DNA from: an uncultured Eubacteriales bacterium
Lineage (GTDB): Bacteria; Bacillota; Clostridia; Lachnospirales; Lachnospiraceae
Assembly (NCBI GenBank): GCA_949286525.1
Contig: CASECT010000046.1
Location: 1,255-65,254 of the forward strand
DNA length: 64,000 bases
Direction of reading: 5' to 3'
Every line of letters starts with the position of its first letter. Within the stretch, counting starts at the first letter, position 1. This document shows positions 42,599 through 53,818 of the stretch, piece after piece. Under the pieces are notes generated by a model, which saw nothing but the letters and a program-made list of their open reading frames with translations, did no database searches and had not been told where the DNA came from. The translations under genes and the position numbers were made by a program.

Positions 42599-44083
42599 TT
42601 ACAGGTTTGAGTATCCCATCAGGAACTCGTCCACATCCCGGGCGCAGTCCCGGCCCTGGCGCATGGCCTTGACCACCAGAGACTGTCCGGTGTGCATATC
42701 GCCGGCCACAAAGATGCCTGGCTTTGAGGTCATGAAACTTCCCTCTTTTGTCGCCACATTGGTGCGTCCGTCCACCTCGACGCCGAAAGCGTCCGTGACA
42801 TACTTCTCGCTTCCCAGGAAGCCCGCAGCGATCAGCACCAGCTGGCAGGGCACTTCCTTCTCGCTTCCCTCCACGGGAACCATCATCCGTCTTCCGGTCT
42901 TCTCATCCACCTGAGACTCCAGGGATGTCAGTACCACCTTGGTCAGATTTCCCTTCTTGTCCTTGATGAACTCCCTGACCGTCGTAGTGTAGATTCTCGG
43001 ATCATGACCGAACACCGCGATGGCCTCCTCCTGGCCGTAATCGGTCTTGCAGACCAGGGGCCACTGAGGCCAGGGATTGTTCTCCGCCCTCTCATCGGGA
43101 GCCTTCGGCATCATCTCCAGCTGCGTGATGGACTTGCAACCGTGGCGGATGCAGGTGCCCACACAGTCGTTTCCGGTATCGCCGCCGCCGATGACGATCA
43201 CGTCCTTGCCCTTGGCGGAGATGAAGGTTCCCTCCTTCAGACCGTTGTCCAGAAGGCTCTTCGTGGTGGAAGTAAGAAAGTCCACCGCGAAGTAAATCCC
43301 CGCCGCGTCTCTTCCCGGTGCCTGGATATCCCTGGGATGGGAAGCGCCGCAGGCCAGAACCACCGCGTCAAATCCCTCCAGCAGCTTTTTGCTCTTGGCA
43401 TCCTTTCCGATATCGGCGTTTGTCACGAAGGTAACGCCTTCCGCCTCCATAACCGCAAGTTTCCGGTCGATGATCTGCTTCTCCAGCTTCATGTTGGGGA
43501 TGCCGTACCGCAGCAGGCCTCCGATTCGGTCGTGCCGCTCAAACACCGTTACCAGATGGCCACGCATATTCAGCTGATCCGCCGCAGCCAGTCCCGCCGG
43601 GCCGGATCCGATGACTGCCACCTTTTTGCCGGTTCTGGTCTTCGGCGGTTTGGGGCCCGCCAGACCGTTGGCGTATGCGTATTCGATGATAGCCATCTCG
43701 TTGGCCTTGGTTGAAACCGGTTCCCCGTTCAGGCCGCAGGTGCAGGCCTTCTCGCAGAGGGCCGGGCACACCCGGCAGGTAAACTCCGGAAAATTGCTGG
43801 TCTTATGCAGCCGCAGATACGCCTGCTTCCAGTTGCCGTGATACACCAGATCATTCCACTCGGGCACCAGATTGTTCAGGGGACACCCGGAGGTCATTCC
43901 CTTGATGTTCATGCCGAACTGGCAGAAGGGAACGCCGCAGTCCATGCAGCGGGCGCCCTGCCTCTGCTGTTCCTCCCTGGTCAGAGGGGTGTGAAACTCG
44001 TCAAAATTCTTTATTCTCTCCAGCGGCGCAACGGCAGCCGCGTCTTTTCTCTCGTACTCCAAAAATCCTGTTGGTTTTCCCAT
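42599..44083 (-). CDS. gltD: Glutamate synthase small subunit
   Basis: MGKPTGF, RCMDCGVPFC, GSGPAG, GGGDTGNDC. Confidence 0.96.
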   Translation of the reverse strand: MGKPTGFLEYERKDAAAVAPLERIKNFDEFHTPLTREEQQRQGARCMDCGVPFCQFGMNIKGMTSGCPLNNLVPEWNDLVYHGNWKQAYLRLHKTSNFPEFTCRVCPALCEKACTCGLNGEPVSTKANEMAIIEYAYANGLAGPKPPKTRTGKKVAVIGSGPAGLAAADQLNMRGHLVTVFERHDRIGGLLRYGIPNMKLEKQIIDRKLAVMEAEGVTFVTNADIGKDAKSKKLLEGFDAVVLACGASHPRDIQAPGRDAAGIYFAVDFLTSTTKSLLDNGLKEGTFISAKGKDVIVIGGGDTGNDCVGTCIRHGCKSITQLEMMPKAPDERAENNPWPQWPLVCKTDYGQEEAIAVFGHDPRIYTTTVREFIKDKKGNLTKVVLTSLESQVDEKTGRRMMVPVEGSEKEVPCQLVLIAAGFLGSEKYVTDAFGVEVDGRTNVATKEGSFMTSKPGIFVAGDMHTGQSLVVKAMRQGRDCARDVDEFLMGYSNL

Positions 44084-44101
44084 CGGTATCTCCTTTCTGT
44101 C

Positions 44102-47100
44102 CTACCTGGTCAGAGCATTAAAGGCCTCAATCTGTGCCTGCTCGCTGCTCAGTCCTTTTTCTTCCATCTGGACAATCGTCATCATCATCTTCTTATAGTC
44201 GTGCGGTACAATCTTCTTGAATTTCGGAAGGTACTCGCTGAAGTGATCAAAAATCTTCTTGCCCTTTTTGGAGTTTGTATAGGCGACGTGCTCCGCGATG
44301 ATTTCCTTCAGCTCCAGCACATCGTATTTGTCGGTCACAGGTTCCAGAGACACCATGGTCTTGTTGACTTTACGGTACAATGTGGCGTCCTCATCCAGCA
44401 CATAGGCGATACCGCCGCTCATGCCGGCCGCGAAATTCTTTCCTGTTCCGCCGAGAACTACTACCCGTCCGCCGGTCATATATTCACATCCGTGATCGCC
44501 GCAGCCTTCCACCACCGCGGTCGCTCCGGAATTGCGGACGCAGAATCGCTCCCCGGCGACACCGTTGATGAAAGCCTTGCCGCTGGTTGCCCCGTAGAGG
44601 GCCACGTTTCCGATGATGATGTTCTCATCCTCAGGATAGGCTGCTCCCGTCGGCGGATAGACAATCAGCTTTCCACCGGAAAGGCCCTTCCCGAAGTAAT
44701 CATTGCTGTCGCCCACCAGCTCCAGCGTAAGCCCCTGGGGAATGAACGCGCCGAAACTCTGTCCGCCGGAACCGTTGCATTTGACGGTAAAGGTATCCTC
44801 TGCCAAATGCTCTCCGTATTTTCTCGTGATCTGCGCGCCGAACAGCGTTCCCACCGCCCGGTCCGTATTGGTCACATCGATCTCAATACTCTTTCTCGCT
44901 CCCTTTTCCAGTGCATCGGCAAAATGTTTTGAGAGAATCTTCTCATCTACCGTATTTTGGAGCTGGAAATCATAAACATCCTTTTTATCATAGGAAATCT
45001 TGACTTTTCCTCCCGCATAGGGATTGTTCAGGATGGCGCCAAGATCCACCTTACCGCTTCTTCCCTCTCTCACAGATTCCTTTACCTGAAGCAGATCGGT
45101 TCTTCCCACCAGCTCATCTACCGTACGAATGCCCAGACGCGCCATATATTCCCGCAGTTCCTGGGCGATAAAGCGCATGAAGTTGACCACATACTCCGGT
45201 TTTCCGGTAAAGCGCTTCCGAAGGTCCGGGTTCTGTGTAGCGACGCCCACCGGGCAGGTGTCCAGGTTGCAGACACGCATCATCACACAGCCCATGGTTA
45301 CCAGGGGCGCTGTCGCGAATCCGAACTCCTCGGCCCCGAGCATAGCAGCGATGGCCACATCACGCCCCGTCATCAGTTTTCCGTCCGTCTCGATAATAAC
45401 TTTTCCGCGCAGACCGTTCATGGTCAGCGTCTGATGGGCCTCCGCCAACCCCAACTCCCAGGGCAGGCCCGCGTTGTGAATGGAACTCCTGGGCGCCGCG
45501 CCTGTGCCGCCGTCATAACCGGAAATCAGGATAACCTGGGCGCCGGCTTTCGCCACGCCGGAAGCCACCGTTCCGACGCCCGCCTCGGAAACCAGTTTTA
45601 CCGAAATTCTCGCATCCCGGTTAGCGTTCTTCAGATCATAGATCAACTCCGCCAGATCCTCGATGGAGTAAATATCATGGTGCGGCGGCGGCGAAATCAG
45701 GGACACGCCCGGCGTGGACAGCCTGGTTTTGGCGATCCATGGGTACACTTTCTTTCCGGGCAGATGTCCACCCTCTCCGGGTTTCGCCCCCTGGGCCATC
45801 TTAATCTGAATCTCCTGGGCGCTGACCAGATAGCGGCTGGTCACGCCAAAACGTCCGGAAGCTACCTGCTTGATGGCGGAGCAGCGATTGAGGCCGTCCT
45901 TGCCGACAGTAAGACGCTCTTCCTCCTCGCCGCCCTCCCCACTGTTGGACTTGCCGTGAAGCATATTCATGGCAATGGCCATGGTCTCGTGGGCTTCCTT
46001 GGAAATGGAGCCGTAGCTCATGGCGCCGGTCTTAAACCGGCGGACAATGGAGTCCACGCTCTCCACCTGATCAATATCGATTCCTTTCTTCGGATATTTG
46101 AAGTCCATCAGTCCCCGTAAGTTTTTGATGGACTCTTCATCGTTGATCAGGGCACTGTACTCTTTGAAGGTATTGTAATCTCCGGTCCTGGTGGACAGCT
46201 GCAGCAGATGGATGGTCTGAGGATTGTAAAGGTGCTCCTCCTGGCCGCTGCGCATCTTGTGAGCGCCCTTGCTGTCCAGAGTGGTATCCATCCCCAACTC
46301 CAGGGGATCAAAGGCTTTCGTGTGGAGCATCTCCACATCCTCCTGGATATCCTTCAGGTCAATGCCGCCCACACGGCTGACCGTGCCGGCAAAATATTTG
46401 TCAATCACACTGGAGCTGATGCCCAGCGCCTCGAAGATCTTTGCGCCCTGGTAGGACTGGATGGTGGAAATTCCCATCTTGGACGCGATCTTGATGATTC
46501 CGCTCAGGATCGCGTTATTGTAATCTTCCACCGCCGCGTAGTAATCCTTGTCCAGCATGTGCAGATCGATCAGCTCCTGAATGCTCTCCTGAGCCAAGTA
46601 GGGATTGATGGCGGAAGCGCCGTATCCCAGCAGCGTCGCGAAATGGTGTACATCCCTGGGCTCCCCGCTCTCCAGAATCACAGAGAGAGAGGTACGCTTC
46701 TTGGTCTGCACCAGATACTGCTGCAGAGCGGAAACCGCCAGCAGCGACGGGATAGCCACATGATTTTCATCCACGCCCCGGTCGGAGAGGATGATGATGT
46801 TGGCGCCCTCCCGGAATACCCGGTCCGCCTCCACATACAGATGATCGATGGCCTTCTCCAGAGAGGTGTTCTTGTAATAAATGATCGGAATGACCTCCAC
46901 CTTGAAGCCGTCCACCTTCATATTTTTAATCTTCATCAGATCCGTGTTGGTCAGGATCGGATGATTAATGCGCAGAGCTTTGCAGTTGTCCTCATTCTCC
47001 TCCAGCACATTTCCGGCCTTGCCGAGATAGATGGTCGTGGAGGTAACCACTTCCTCACGGATGGAATCGATGGGTGGATTCGTTACCTGGGCAAACAGCT

Positions 47101-48640
47101 GCTTGAAATAGTTGAACAGCGGCTGATGCTGCTTGGAGAGAACCGCCAGAGGCGTATCGATTCCCATGGCTCCAATCTGCTCCCCGCCGTTTAAGGCCAT
47201 GGGCAGGATGGATGTCTTCAGATCCTCATAGGTATAGCCGAAAGCCTTCTGCAGTCTCTGGCGCTCCTCTTTGGCGTGCATCGGCACCCTCTCATTGGGA
47301 ATTTTCAGATCGTGCAGGGAAATCAGATTCTTATCCAGCCATTCGCCGTAGGGCTGTCTTGTGGCATAGTAATTTTTCAACTTCTCATCGTCGATGAGCC
47401 TTCCCTCTACCGTATCCACCAGAAGCATCTTGCCGGGCTTGATGCGATCCTTGGATTTGATACGGCTCTCCTCGATGGGAAGCACCCCCACCTCGGAGGA
47501 GAGAATCAGATAATCGTCGTTGGTCACATAATATCTGGAGGGACGCAGACCATTGCGGTCCAGCACTGCCCCCATAATCTCTCCATCGGAAAACAGAATC
47601 GACGCCGGGCCGTCCCAGGGTTCCATCATAGTTGCATAGTACTGATAGAAATCTTTCCGGTTCTGATCCATGGCCTTGTTGTTAATCCAGGGCTCCGGAA
47701 TGGTAATCATGACAGCCAGGGGAAGCGGCATGCCGTTCATCACAAAAAACTCCAGCGTATTGTCCAGCATGGCGGAGTCAGAACCCGCGGCGTTGACCAC
47801 CGGCGTAATCTTGGACATCTCCTCCTCCAGAAACTCGGAGTACATGGTCTCCTCCCGGGCAAGCATACGGTCCGCATTACCCTTGATCGTGTTGATCTCT
47901 CCGTTATGTACGATAAAACGGTTGGGGTGTGCACGTTCCCAGCTCGGATTCGTATTAGTAGAGAATCTGGAATGGACGATGGCGATAGCCGACTCGTAGT
48001 CCGCATCCTGCAGATCCTCAAAGAAAGTCCGCAGCTGTCCCACAAGAAACATTCCCTTGTAGACGATCGTTCTGCTGGACAAGGAAACCACATAGGTATC
48101 CTCACAGGTCTGCTCAAAAACCCGACGGGCCACATAGAGTTTCCGGTCAAAGGACAGCCCCTTTCCCACATCCTCCGGCTTCTTCACAAAGGCCTGCATA
48201 ATATGGGGCATACAGTCCACTGCCTTTTTCCCCAGCACTTCCGGTCTGGTGGGAACAGTTCTCCATCCCAGGAATTCCATTCCCTCCTTTTCCACAATGA
48301 TCTCAAACATCTTCTTCGACTGGTTACGCCGCAGCTCATCCTGGGGGAAGAAAAACATACCGACGCCGTAGGCGCGCTCCTCTCCCAAATCAATACCAAG
48401 ATTAGAAGCTGCCTTCGTGAAAAAGCGATGGGAAATCTGAAGAAGAATCCCCACACCGTCGCCGGTCTTTCCCTCGGCATCCTTCCCGGCGCGATGCTCC
48501 AGATTCTCTACAATCTTGAGCGCATCGGACACGGTCTGGTGTGTCTTTACCCCTTTCATGCTGACAACAGCGCCGATACCGCAGTTGTCATGCTCAAATT
48601 CGGAACGGTACAGTCCCATGTTCTTTTCTTCTCTGTTCAT
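44102..48640 (-). CDS. gltB: Glutamate synthase large subunit
   Basis: EHDNCGIG, HSRFSTNT, QGAKPGEGG, C-x5-C-x4-C 3Fe-4S motif. Confidence 0.97.
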   Translation of the reverse strand: MNREEKNMGLYRSEFEHDNCGIGAVVSMKGVKTHQTVSDALKIVENLEHRAGKDAEGKTGDGVGILLQISHRFFTKAASNLGIDLGEERAYGVGMFFFPQDELRRNQSKKMFEIIVEKEGMEFLGWRTVPTRPEVLGKKAVDCMPHIMQAFVKKPEDVGKGLSFDRKLYVARRVFEQTCEDTYVVSLSSRTIVYKGMFLVGQLRTFFEDLQDADYESAIAIVHSRFSTNTNPSWERAHPNRFIVHNGEINTIKGNADRMLAREETMYSEFLEEEMSKITPVVNAAGSDSAMLDNTLEFFVMNGMPLPLAVMITIPEPWINNKAMDQNRKDFYQYYATMMEPWDGPASILFSDGEIMGAVLDRNGLRPSRYYVTNDDYLILSSEVGVLPIEESRIKSKDRIKPGKMLLVDTVEGRLIDDEKLKNYYATRQPYGEWLDKNLISLHDLKIPNERVPMHAKEERQRLQKAFGYTYEDLKTSILPMALNGGEQIGAMGIDTPLAVLSKQHQPLFNYFKQLFAQVTNPPIDSIREEVVTSTTIYLGKAGNVLEENEDNCKALRINHPILTNTDLMKIKNMKVDGFKVEVIPIIYYKNTSLEKAIDHLYVEADRVFREGANIIILSDRGVDENHVAIPSLLAVSALQQYLVQTKKRTSLSVILESGEPRDVHHFATLLGYGASAINPYLAQESIQELIDLHMLDKDYYAAVEDYNNAILSGIIKIASKMGISTIQSYQGAKIFEALGISSSVIDKYFAGTVSRVGGIDLKDIQEDVEMLHTKAFDPLELGMDTTLDSKGAHKMRSGQEEHLYNPQTIHLLQLSTRTGDYNTFKEYSALINDEESIKNLRGLMDFKYPKKGIDIDQVESVDSIVRRFKTGAMSYGSISKEAHETMAIAMNMLHGKSNSGEGGEEEERLTVGKDGLNRCSAIKQVASGRFGVTSRYLVSAQEIQIKMAQGAKPGEGGHLPGKKVYPWIAKTRLSTPGVSLISPPPHHDIYSIEDLAELIYDLKNANRDARISVKLVSEAGVGTVASGVAKAGAQVILISGYDGGTGAAPRSSIHNAGLPWELGLAEAHQTLTMNGLRGKVIIETDGKLMTGRDVAIAAMLGAEEFGFATAPLVTMGCVMMRVCNLDTCPVGVATQNPDLRKRFTGKPEYVVNFMRFIAQELREYMARLGIRTVDELVGRTDLLQVKESVREGRSGKVDLGAILNNPYAGGKVKISYDKKDVYDFQLQNTVDEKILSKHFADALEKGARKSIEIDVTNTDRAVGTLFGAQITRKYGEHLAEDTFTVKCNGSGGQSFGAFIPQGLTLELVGDSNDYFGKGLSGGKLIVYPPTGAAYPEDENIIIGNVALYGATSGKAFINGVAGERFCVRNSGATAVVEGCGDHGCEYMTGGRVVVLGGTGKNFAAGMSGGIAYVLDEDATLYRKVNKTMVSLEPVTDKYDVLELKEIIAEHVAYTNSKKGKKIFDHFSEYLPKFKKIVPHDYKKMMMTIVQMEEKGLSSEQAQIEAFNALTR

Positions 48641-48737
48641 CTTTTTTTCCTTTCGTCTGTCTCGTCGCACTCTCTTGCGAATGGCATAGCTCAACTATAC
48701 AACTGCTTCATCTGTTTGTAAAGTACTTTTTCTTTCC

Positions 48738-48752
48738 AATTTTCTGATAATT
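48738..48752. promoter_or_regulatory. CodY box upstream of gltB
   Basis: AATTTTCTGATAATT, one mismatch to AATTTTCWGAAAATT. Confidence 0.6.
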
Positions 48753-48805
48753 TGATAATTTATTATTTTATAGTAAATTTTGTATTATATTTATTCTGTT
48801 TTTCT

Positions 48806-49459
48806 TTAATTTAATACAATTTCACTGACTTTTTCAAGAATTATAGGGTTGACATAAGCCTCCGAAAGAACGCCAAGAAGTGCCAGAAGCAGGAGAAAAA
48901 CAAGGGCAGAAAGCAGAACAGCTTTTTCTCTTCCGGAAAATCCTCCTGCTCCGTGTTCCTTCAGACGCCCCCAGGCCTCCGAAGCTTTCAACAGAAAGAA
49001 GTAGACCGGGAGATAGAAAAGTACCTGGGGAAAGAAAGAACAGGCAAACAGAACCGTCCCCATCGCGCCGAAGACCAGCAGAAAGGAAGCGAAAATTACC
49101 CCTGCCGCAAAACCCGCATATGTGACAAAAAGGCCATGAAAAATCTTACCATACTTTCCCATGCCAAAAAAAAGCAAAACAAGAAAAAGTATCCCCCGTT
49201 CCTTCAAAAGAAATACAAAAAGATCCGCCGGAGCTGCCCCTATTCCACTCCCGTCCCATTGAAAAAACTGCTGCAACGCGATGACTAACGACGTTTGCTG
49301 TCCCCTCCAAAGATTCATGCACCACACGCCGAGAAAAAAAGACGCGAGAAAGAACATGTAGAGCGGATGCTTCTTTACCGCATCCCCCAGAGCACGCCTC
49401 TGTCGCGTCAAATGACTTTTACCCGGACTGTGATATTTTCTAGCGTATCTTCTCTTCAT
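48806..49459 (-). CDS. spoIIM: Stage II sporulation protein M-like membrane protein
   Basis: Multi-TM; FPQVLFY.P and SEAYVNP motifs; downstream of nudF as in other Firmicutes. Confidence 0.7.
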   Translation of the reverse strand: MKRRYARKYHSPGKSHLTRQRRALGDAVKKHPLYMFFLASFFLGVWCMNLWRGQQTSLVIALQQFFQWDGSGIGAAPADLFVFLLKERGILFLVLLFFGMGKYGKIFHGLFVTYAGFAAGVIFASFLLVFGAMGTVLFACSFFPQVLFYLPVYFFLLKASEAWGRLKEHGAGGFSGREKAVLLSALVFLLLLALLGVLSEAYVNPIILEKVSEIVLN

Positions 49460-49487
49460 AAACTCGTCCCTCTCAGGTCCTTTCTAC

Positions 49488-49515
49488 AGTCTATGAAAAA
49501 AATGGAAATTTATTC
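49488..49515 (-). promoter_or_regulatory. Putative sigma-E-type promoter of spoIIM
   Basis: GAATAAA-13-CATAGACT. Confidence 0.45.
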
Positions 49516-50064
49516 CGCCCGCTGTTCCTCCCGGCTCTTCGCATAGTAAGCCAGAATCCCCGATACTGTCTTTCCGTCCTGGATCTTTCCGGCAAAAATC
49601 CGATCCATCAGATCAGTGAGCTCGTAAGCTCCTATCTCGATGCTTTCCGCCTCGTCCAGATGCTGATGTCCTTTCGTCAGTTCCCTGGCCAGATACACAT
49701 CGATCATTTCATTGCAAAAGGCTACTGTCGTACGCAGAGATAGCAGTCTCTCCAAACATCCGGCTCTATATCCGGTCTCCTCCTCCAGCTCTCTTGCCGC
49801 ACAAACTGACGTATCCTCCTCTATACTGTCCCGGGAACCCGCCGGTATCTCCAGCGTCATGCGCCCCAACGCCGGACGGTACTGAGTTACCATCAGAATC
49901 CGCCCGTCCGGCAGCACCGGCACAACCGCGGCAGCTCCTTTACGATGTTCCACATAATCCCACAACTCCGTGCCGCCATCCGGCAGCTGCACCTCATCCT
50001 GATAAACATCCACAATCGAGCCTCTGTGCACCAGAGTTCTCTTCTTCACTTCCACATGATCCAT
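49510..50064 (-). CDS. nudF: NUDIX hydrolase (ADP-ribose pyrophosphatase-like)
   Basis: QYR, EIPAG..CAARELEEETGY, DGKT. Confidence 0.85.
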   Translation of the reverse strand: MDHVEVKKRTLVHRGSIVDVYQDEVQLPDGGTELWDYVEHRKGAAAVVPVLPDGRILMVTQYRPALGRMTLEIPAGSRDSIEEDTSVCAARELEEETGYRAGCLERLLSLRTTVAFCNEMIDVYLARELTKGHQHLDEAESIEIGAYELTDLMDRIFAGKIQDGKTVSGILAYYAKSREEQRAE

Positions 50065-50132
50065 CCTGTTTTTCTCCTCCTCTTTGTGTAATAAAAAGGA
50101 CAGCCGGATTTCCCGTCTGTCCCGTTTTTTCT

Positions 50133-51680
50133 TTACTTCGCATAATCCGTAACACGCGACTCGCGTATCACATTGACCTTGATCTGGCCCGGATATTCCA
50201 GTTCAGATTCAATCTGTTTGGAAATATCTCTCGCCAGCAACACCATTTCGGCATCGTTGACTTGATCAGGAACTACCATTACTCGAATCTCTCTGCCTGC
50301 CTGAACGGCAAAAGATTTTTCTACACCTTTGAAACTGTTTGTGATATCTTCTAACTGTTTTAATCTGTTGGAATACGCTTCCAAAGTCTCACGCCTTGCA
50401 CCCGGTCTCGCGGCGCTGATCGTATCAGCGGCCTGGACAATACACGCAATCAGAGATTCCGGTTCCACATCCCCATGATGAGCCTCCACGGCGTTGACAA
50501 CAACCGCCGACTCCTTGTACTTCCTGCACAGACTGGCTCCCAGCTGGATATGAGATCCCTCCATATCGTGATCTACCGCCTTGCCAATATCATGCAGCAA
50601 ACCGGCCCTTTTTGCCATCCGCACATCCACGCCCACTTCCGCAGCCAGAAGCCCCGCAAGCTGCGCGACCTCTATAGAATGCTTCAGGGCATTCTGTCCG
50701 TAACTGGTGCGATAACGCATCCGTCCCAACAGCTTTACAAGCTCCGGATGAATACCGTGGACACCCACTTCCAGAGTAGCCGCCTCTCCTTCTTCCCGAA
50801 TCAGCGTCTCCACTTCTTTCTGGGCCTTTTCCACCATCTCCTCGATTCTGGCCGGGTGGATTCTTCCATCGACGATCAGCTTCTCCAACGCAATACGGGC
50901 AATCTCCCGGCGCACCGGATCAAAGGCGGAAAGAATGACCGCCTCCGGCGTATCATCAATAATCAGTTCCACACCTGTCAGCGTTTCCAACGTGCGGATA
51001 TTCCGACCTTCCCGGCCGATAATACGCCCTTTCATCTCGTCATTCGGAAGCTGCACGACAGAGATTGTAGTCTCCGCCACATGATCTGCGGCGCATTTCT
51101 GAATCGCGGTCACAACAATGTCCCGCGCTTTCTTATTCGCCTCTTCCTTTGCCTGAGCAACGGATTCCTTGACCAGTTTCGCAGCATCCAGTTTCACATC
51201 TTCTTCAACAGTTTTCAAAAGAAAATCTTTTGCTTGTTCGGAGGTCAAACCAGAAATTCTCTCCAGTTCCTGCACCCTCTGCTGGTTCAGCTTCGCAACT
51301 TCAGCCCTCTGCTTATTGATCTCCTCTTCCCTTGCAGCAAATCCAGCTTCTTTTTTCTCCACCGCTTCCAACTTCTTGTCCAGATTCTCTTCCTTCTGCA
51401 TAATACGGTGTTCGTTTCGCTGAATTTCTGCTCTGCGCTCACGGATTTCCTTTTCGAGATCATTCTTTGTCCGCAAGGATTCCTCCTTAGCTTCCAACAA
51501 AGCCTCCCTCTTCTTGGTCTCCGCGTTTTTTACCGCTTCATCAATAATGGCCCGCGCACGGTCTTCCGCATTACCCACCTTCTGGTCAGACACCTTCTTA
51601 TGGTACGCGTTCGCTATAGCCATTGTTACCGGAACAGCAACGATCAACGTCACAATCACTGCGATAACGATCTGTAGCAC
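50133..51680 (-). CDS. rny: Ribonuclease Y
   Basis: N-terminal TM, coiled coil, [23 protein letters not shown]. Confidence 0.97.
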   Translation of the reverse strand: MLQIVIAVIVTLIVAVPVTMAIANAYHKKVSDQKVGNAEDRARAIIDEAVKNAETKKREALLEAKEESLRTKNDLEKEIRERRAEIQRNEHRIMQKEENLDKKLEAVEKKEAGFAAREEEINKQRAEVAKLNQQRVQELERISGLTSEQAKDFLLKTVEEDVKLDAAKLVKESVAQAKEEANKKARDIVVTAIQKCAADHVAETTISVVQLPNDEMKGRIIGREGRNIRTLETLTGVELIIDDTPEAVILSAFDPVRREIARIALEKLIVDGRIHPARIEEMVEKAQKEVETLIREEGEAATLEVGVHGIHPELVKLLGRMRYRTSYGQNALKHSIEVAQLAGLLAAEVGVDVRMAKRAGLLHDIGKAVDHDMEGSHIQLGASLCRKYKESAVVVNAVEAHHGDVEPESLIACIVQAADTISAARPGARRETLEAYSNRLKQLEDITNSFKGVEKSFAVQAGREIRVMVVPDQVNDAEMVLLARDISKQIESELEYPGQIKVNVIRESRVTDYAK

Positions 51681-51759
51681 AGGAGCACCTCCTTTATTAA
51701 GTTTTTATTGTAAATATAACATAAAAAGATGAAATTCTGTCATAAACTACAACATATAA

Positions 51760-51788
51760 ATTTTATCCTTTTCGCCCAAATCTGTCAA
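51760..51788 (-). promoter_or_regulatory. Sigma-A promoter of rny
   Basis: TTGACA-17-TAAAAT. Confidence 0.7.
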
Positions 51789-51797
51789 GGGTAAACC

Positions 51798-52403
51798 TCA
51801 GACCTCTTCCTGCCAGAGCGTCCTGCGGATATCCTCCGACCGATACCCTCTCTGCATCAGAAAACGGTACATCTTCTCCTGCTGTTTCCTATCCCGTTCT
51901 CCCTCGCGATAGCCCTTTTTCCGCAAAAGTTCCCGAATCTGATCCGTCTCGGAAACATCATAATCTTCCTCCAGACATCGGTCGATCAGATCCCGGTCAA
52001 TCCCCTTCCCCTGAAGATCTCTGCTGATGCGCAGCCGGCTTCGGCTGTGCTGATACGCCCGTATAAAGTTTCTGACATACCGTTCATCATCAATATAGTG
52101 GAAGGAAGCCACATAGGCAATGGCATCCTCCACCACCTGCTGAGGATAATGAGCCCTCTGCAGTTTCTCCCGAAGCTGAGCCGTGGTCTGATCCATCTTT
52201 TCTAAAATATGCATCGCCCTCTTTCTGGCTCTCGGGGTCAGTACTTCTGTGAGAATCCGCTGGTACTGTTCCGGTAAAAGCTCTGCTCCCTCCGCTATGC
52301 CAAATTGCTTCAGTTCCTTTCCATAGAGCACAAGGTCTGCCTCTCCCTGGAGGCAGACCCTGTAACGTCCTTTCGTTTCCGATATCAACGCTGTAATCAT
52401 CAT
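51798..52403 (-). CDS. recX: RecA regulator RecX
   Basis: RAMHIL..T..LREKL, YIDDERY, L..KGI, FLMQRGY; directly after recA. Confidence 0.9.
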   Translation of the reverse strand: MMITALISETKGRYRVCLQGEADLVLYGKELKQFGIAEGAELLPEQYQRILTEVLTPRARKRAMHILEKMDQTTAQLREKLQRAHYPQQVVEDAIAYVASFHYIDDERYVRNFIRAYQHSRSRLRISRDLQGKGIDRDLIDRCLEEDYDVSETDQIRELLRKKGYREGERDRKQQEKMYRFLMQRGYRSEDIRRTLWQEEV

Positions 52404-52407
52404 CGCT

Positions 52408-53481
52408 CTATTTCTCTTTTCCCTTGGACACCTTGGACACTTTCTCCTCAGCGGATGCCGCCGCAGGCTCAGCCGCCTCTGCCGGGCCATCCATCTCATA
52501 GTGCGCCCGTACCTTCGTCTCAATCTCCTGACAGATCTCCGGATGCTCTCTCAGAAACTGTTTGGCATTCTCACGTCCCTGACCGATCTTCTCGCCCTCG
52601 TAAGCATACCAGGCGCCCGACTTATTGACAATGCCGAGATTTGCCGCGTTATCAAGAATATCTCCCTCTTTGGAAATACCCTTGCCGAACATGATGTCAA
52701 ACTCTGCCTCCTTAAAAGGCGGCGCGATCTTATTTTTTACCACCTTGATCCTGGTACGGTTGCCGACCACTTCCCCCCCCTGCTTGATAGCCTCGATCCG
52801 ACGCACATCCATGCGGACAGAAGCGTAAAATTTCAACGCGCGGCCACCGGTAGTAGTCTCAGGATTGCCAAACATCACACCGATCTTCTCACGGAGCTGG
52901 TTGATGAAGATGACGATACAGTTGGACTTGCTGATGGCCGCCGTCAGTTTTCGCAAAGCCTGAGACATCAGCCGGGCCTGCAGGCCCACATGAGAATCGC
53001 CCATATCTCCGTCAATCTCCGCCTTGGGCACCAGCGCCGCCACAGAGTCCACAATCACGATATCAATCGCCCCGGAGCGCACCATAGTCTCCGTAATCTC
53101 CATCGCCTGCTCTCCATTATCTGGCTGAGAAATGTACAGATTGTCGATGTCAACGCCGATATTCCTCGCGTACACCGGATCCAGCGCATGCTCCGCGTCG
53201 ATAAAACCGGCAATCCCGCCGGCCTTCTGCACCTCGGCAACCGCGTGGAGCGCCACTGTGGTCTTACCGCTGGACTCCGGTCCGTAGATTTCAATAATTC
53301 TGCCCTTTGGAAGACCGCCCTGTCCCAAAGCGATATCCAGGCTGATGGAACCGGTGGGAACTGTCTCCACCTTCATCTGGCCGGAAGTATCTCCCAGCTT
53401 CATAACCGATCCCTTGCCATACTGTCTCTCTATCTGCGAAATCGCAGCATCCAATGCTTTCAGTTTTTCTTCCTGTGCCAT
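52408..53481 (-). CDS. recA: Recombinase A
   Basis: [27 protein letters not shown]. Confidence 0.98.
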   Translation of the reverse strand: MAQEEKLKALDAAISQIERQYGKGSVMKLGDTSGQMKVETVPTGSISLDIALGQGGLPKGRIIEIYGPESSGKTTVALHAVAEVQKAGGIAGFIDAEHALDPVYARNIGVDIDNLYISQPDNGEQAMEITETMVRSGAIDIVIVDSVAALVPKAEIDGDMGDSHVGLQARLMSQALRKLTAAISKSNCIVIFINQLREKIGVMFGNPETTTGGRALKFYASVRMDVRRIEAIKQGGEVVGNRTRIKVVKNKIAPPFKEAEFDIMFGKGISKEGDILDNAANLGIVNKSGAWYAYEGEKIGQGRENAKQFLREHPEICQEIETKVRAHYEMDGPAEAAEPAAASAEEKVSKVSKGKEK

Positions 53482-53496
53482 ATTTTCCTCCATTTT

Positions 53497-53510
53497 CGAA
53501 CGCACGTTCG
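53497..53510. promoter_or_regulatory. LexA (Cheo) box upstream of recA
   Basis: CGAAC-GCAC-GTTCG, perfect GAAC-N4-GTTC; TTGACT-17-TATTAT promoter just upstream. Confidence 0.85.
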
Positions 53511-53728
53511 CTCCATATGTATTATAATAAATTACTGTGCTGTAAAAGTCAATAAAAAAATGGGATATTTACGGAATCTCAAAGATAAAAAGAACGCGGC
53601 TCCCCGCAGCAATATTATAGATTCTTTTGACGCGCCCCGTCAAGGACTTTTTGCCCGGCAGCGGCGGCGAGTGCGCATATGGGCGGAGTGGGTAGCCAAG
53701 AATCGTAATCCGTTAGAGAGCATAGCGC

Positions 53729-53762
53729 AAAAAAGGCGTCCGGAATTTCTTCCGGCACGCCT
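53729..53762 (-). terminator. Terminator after glnA
   Basis: AGGCGTGCCGGAA-GAAA-TTCCGGACGCCTTTTTT on minus strand. Confidence 0.7.
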
Positions 53763-53818
53763 CTCCACAAATTTTCTGTAATCTTTTCCCTCGTAATCTT
53801 TTTTTCTTTTCCGGCTTT

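Noticed and set aside
53769-53783. Second CodY-like sequence AATTTTCTGTAATCT
   Set aside because: Three mismatches and located in the glnA 3' UTR
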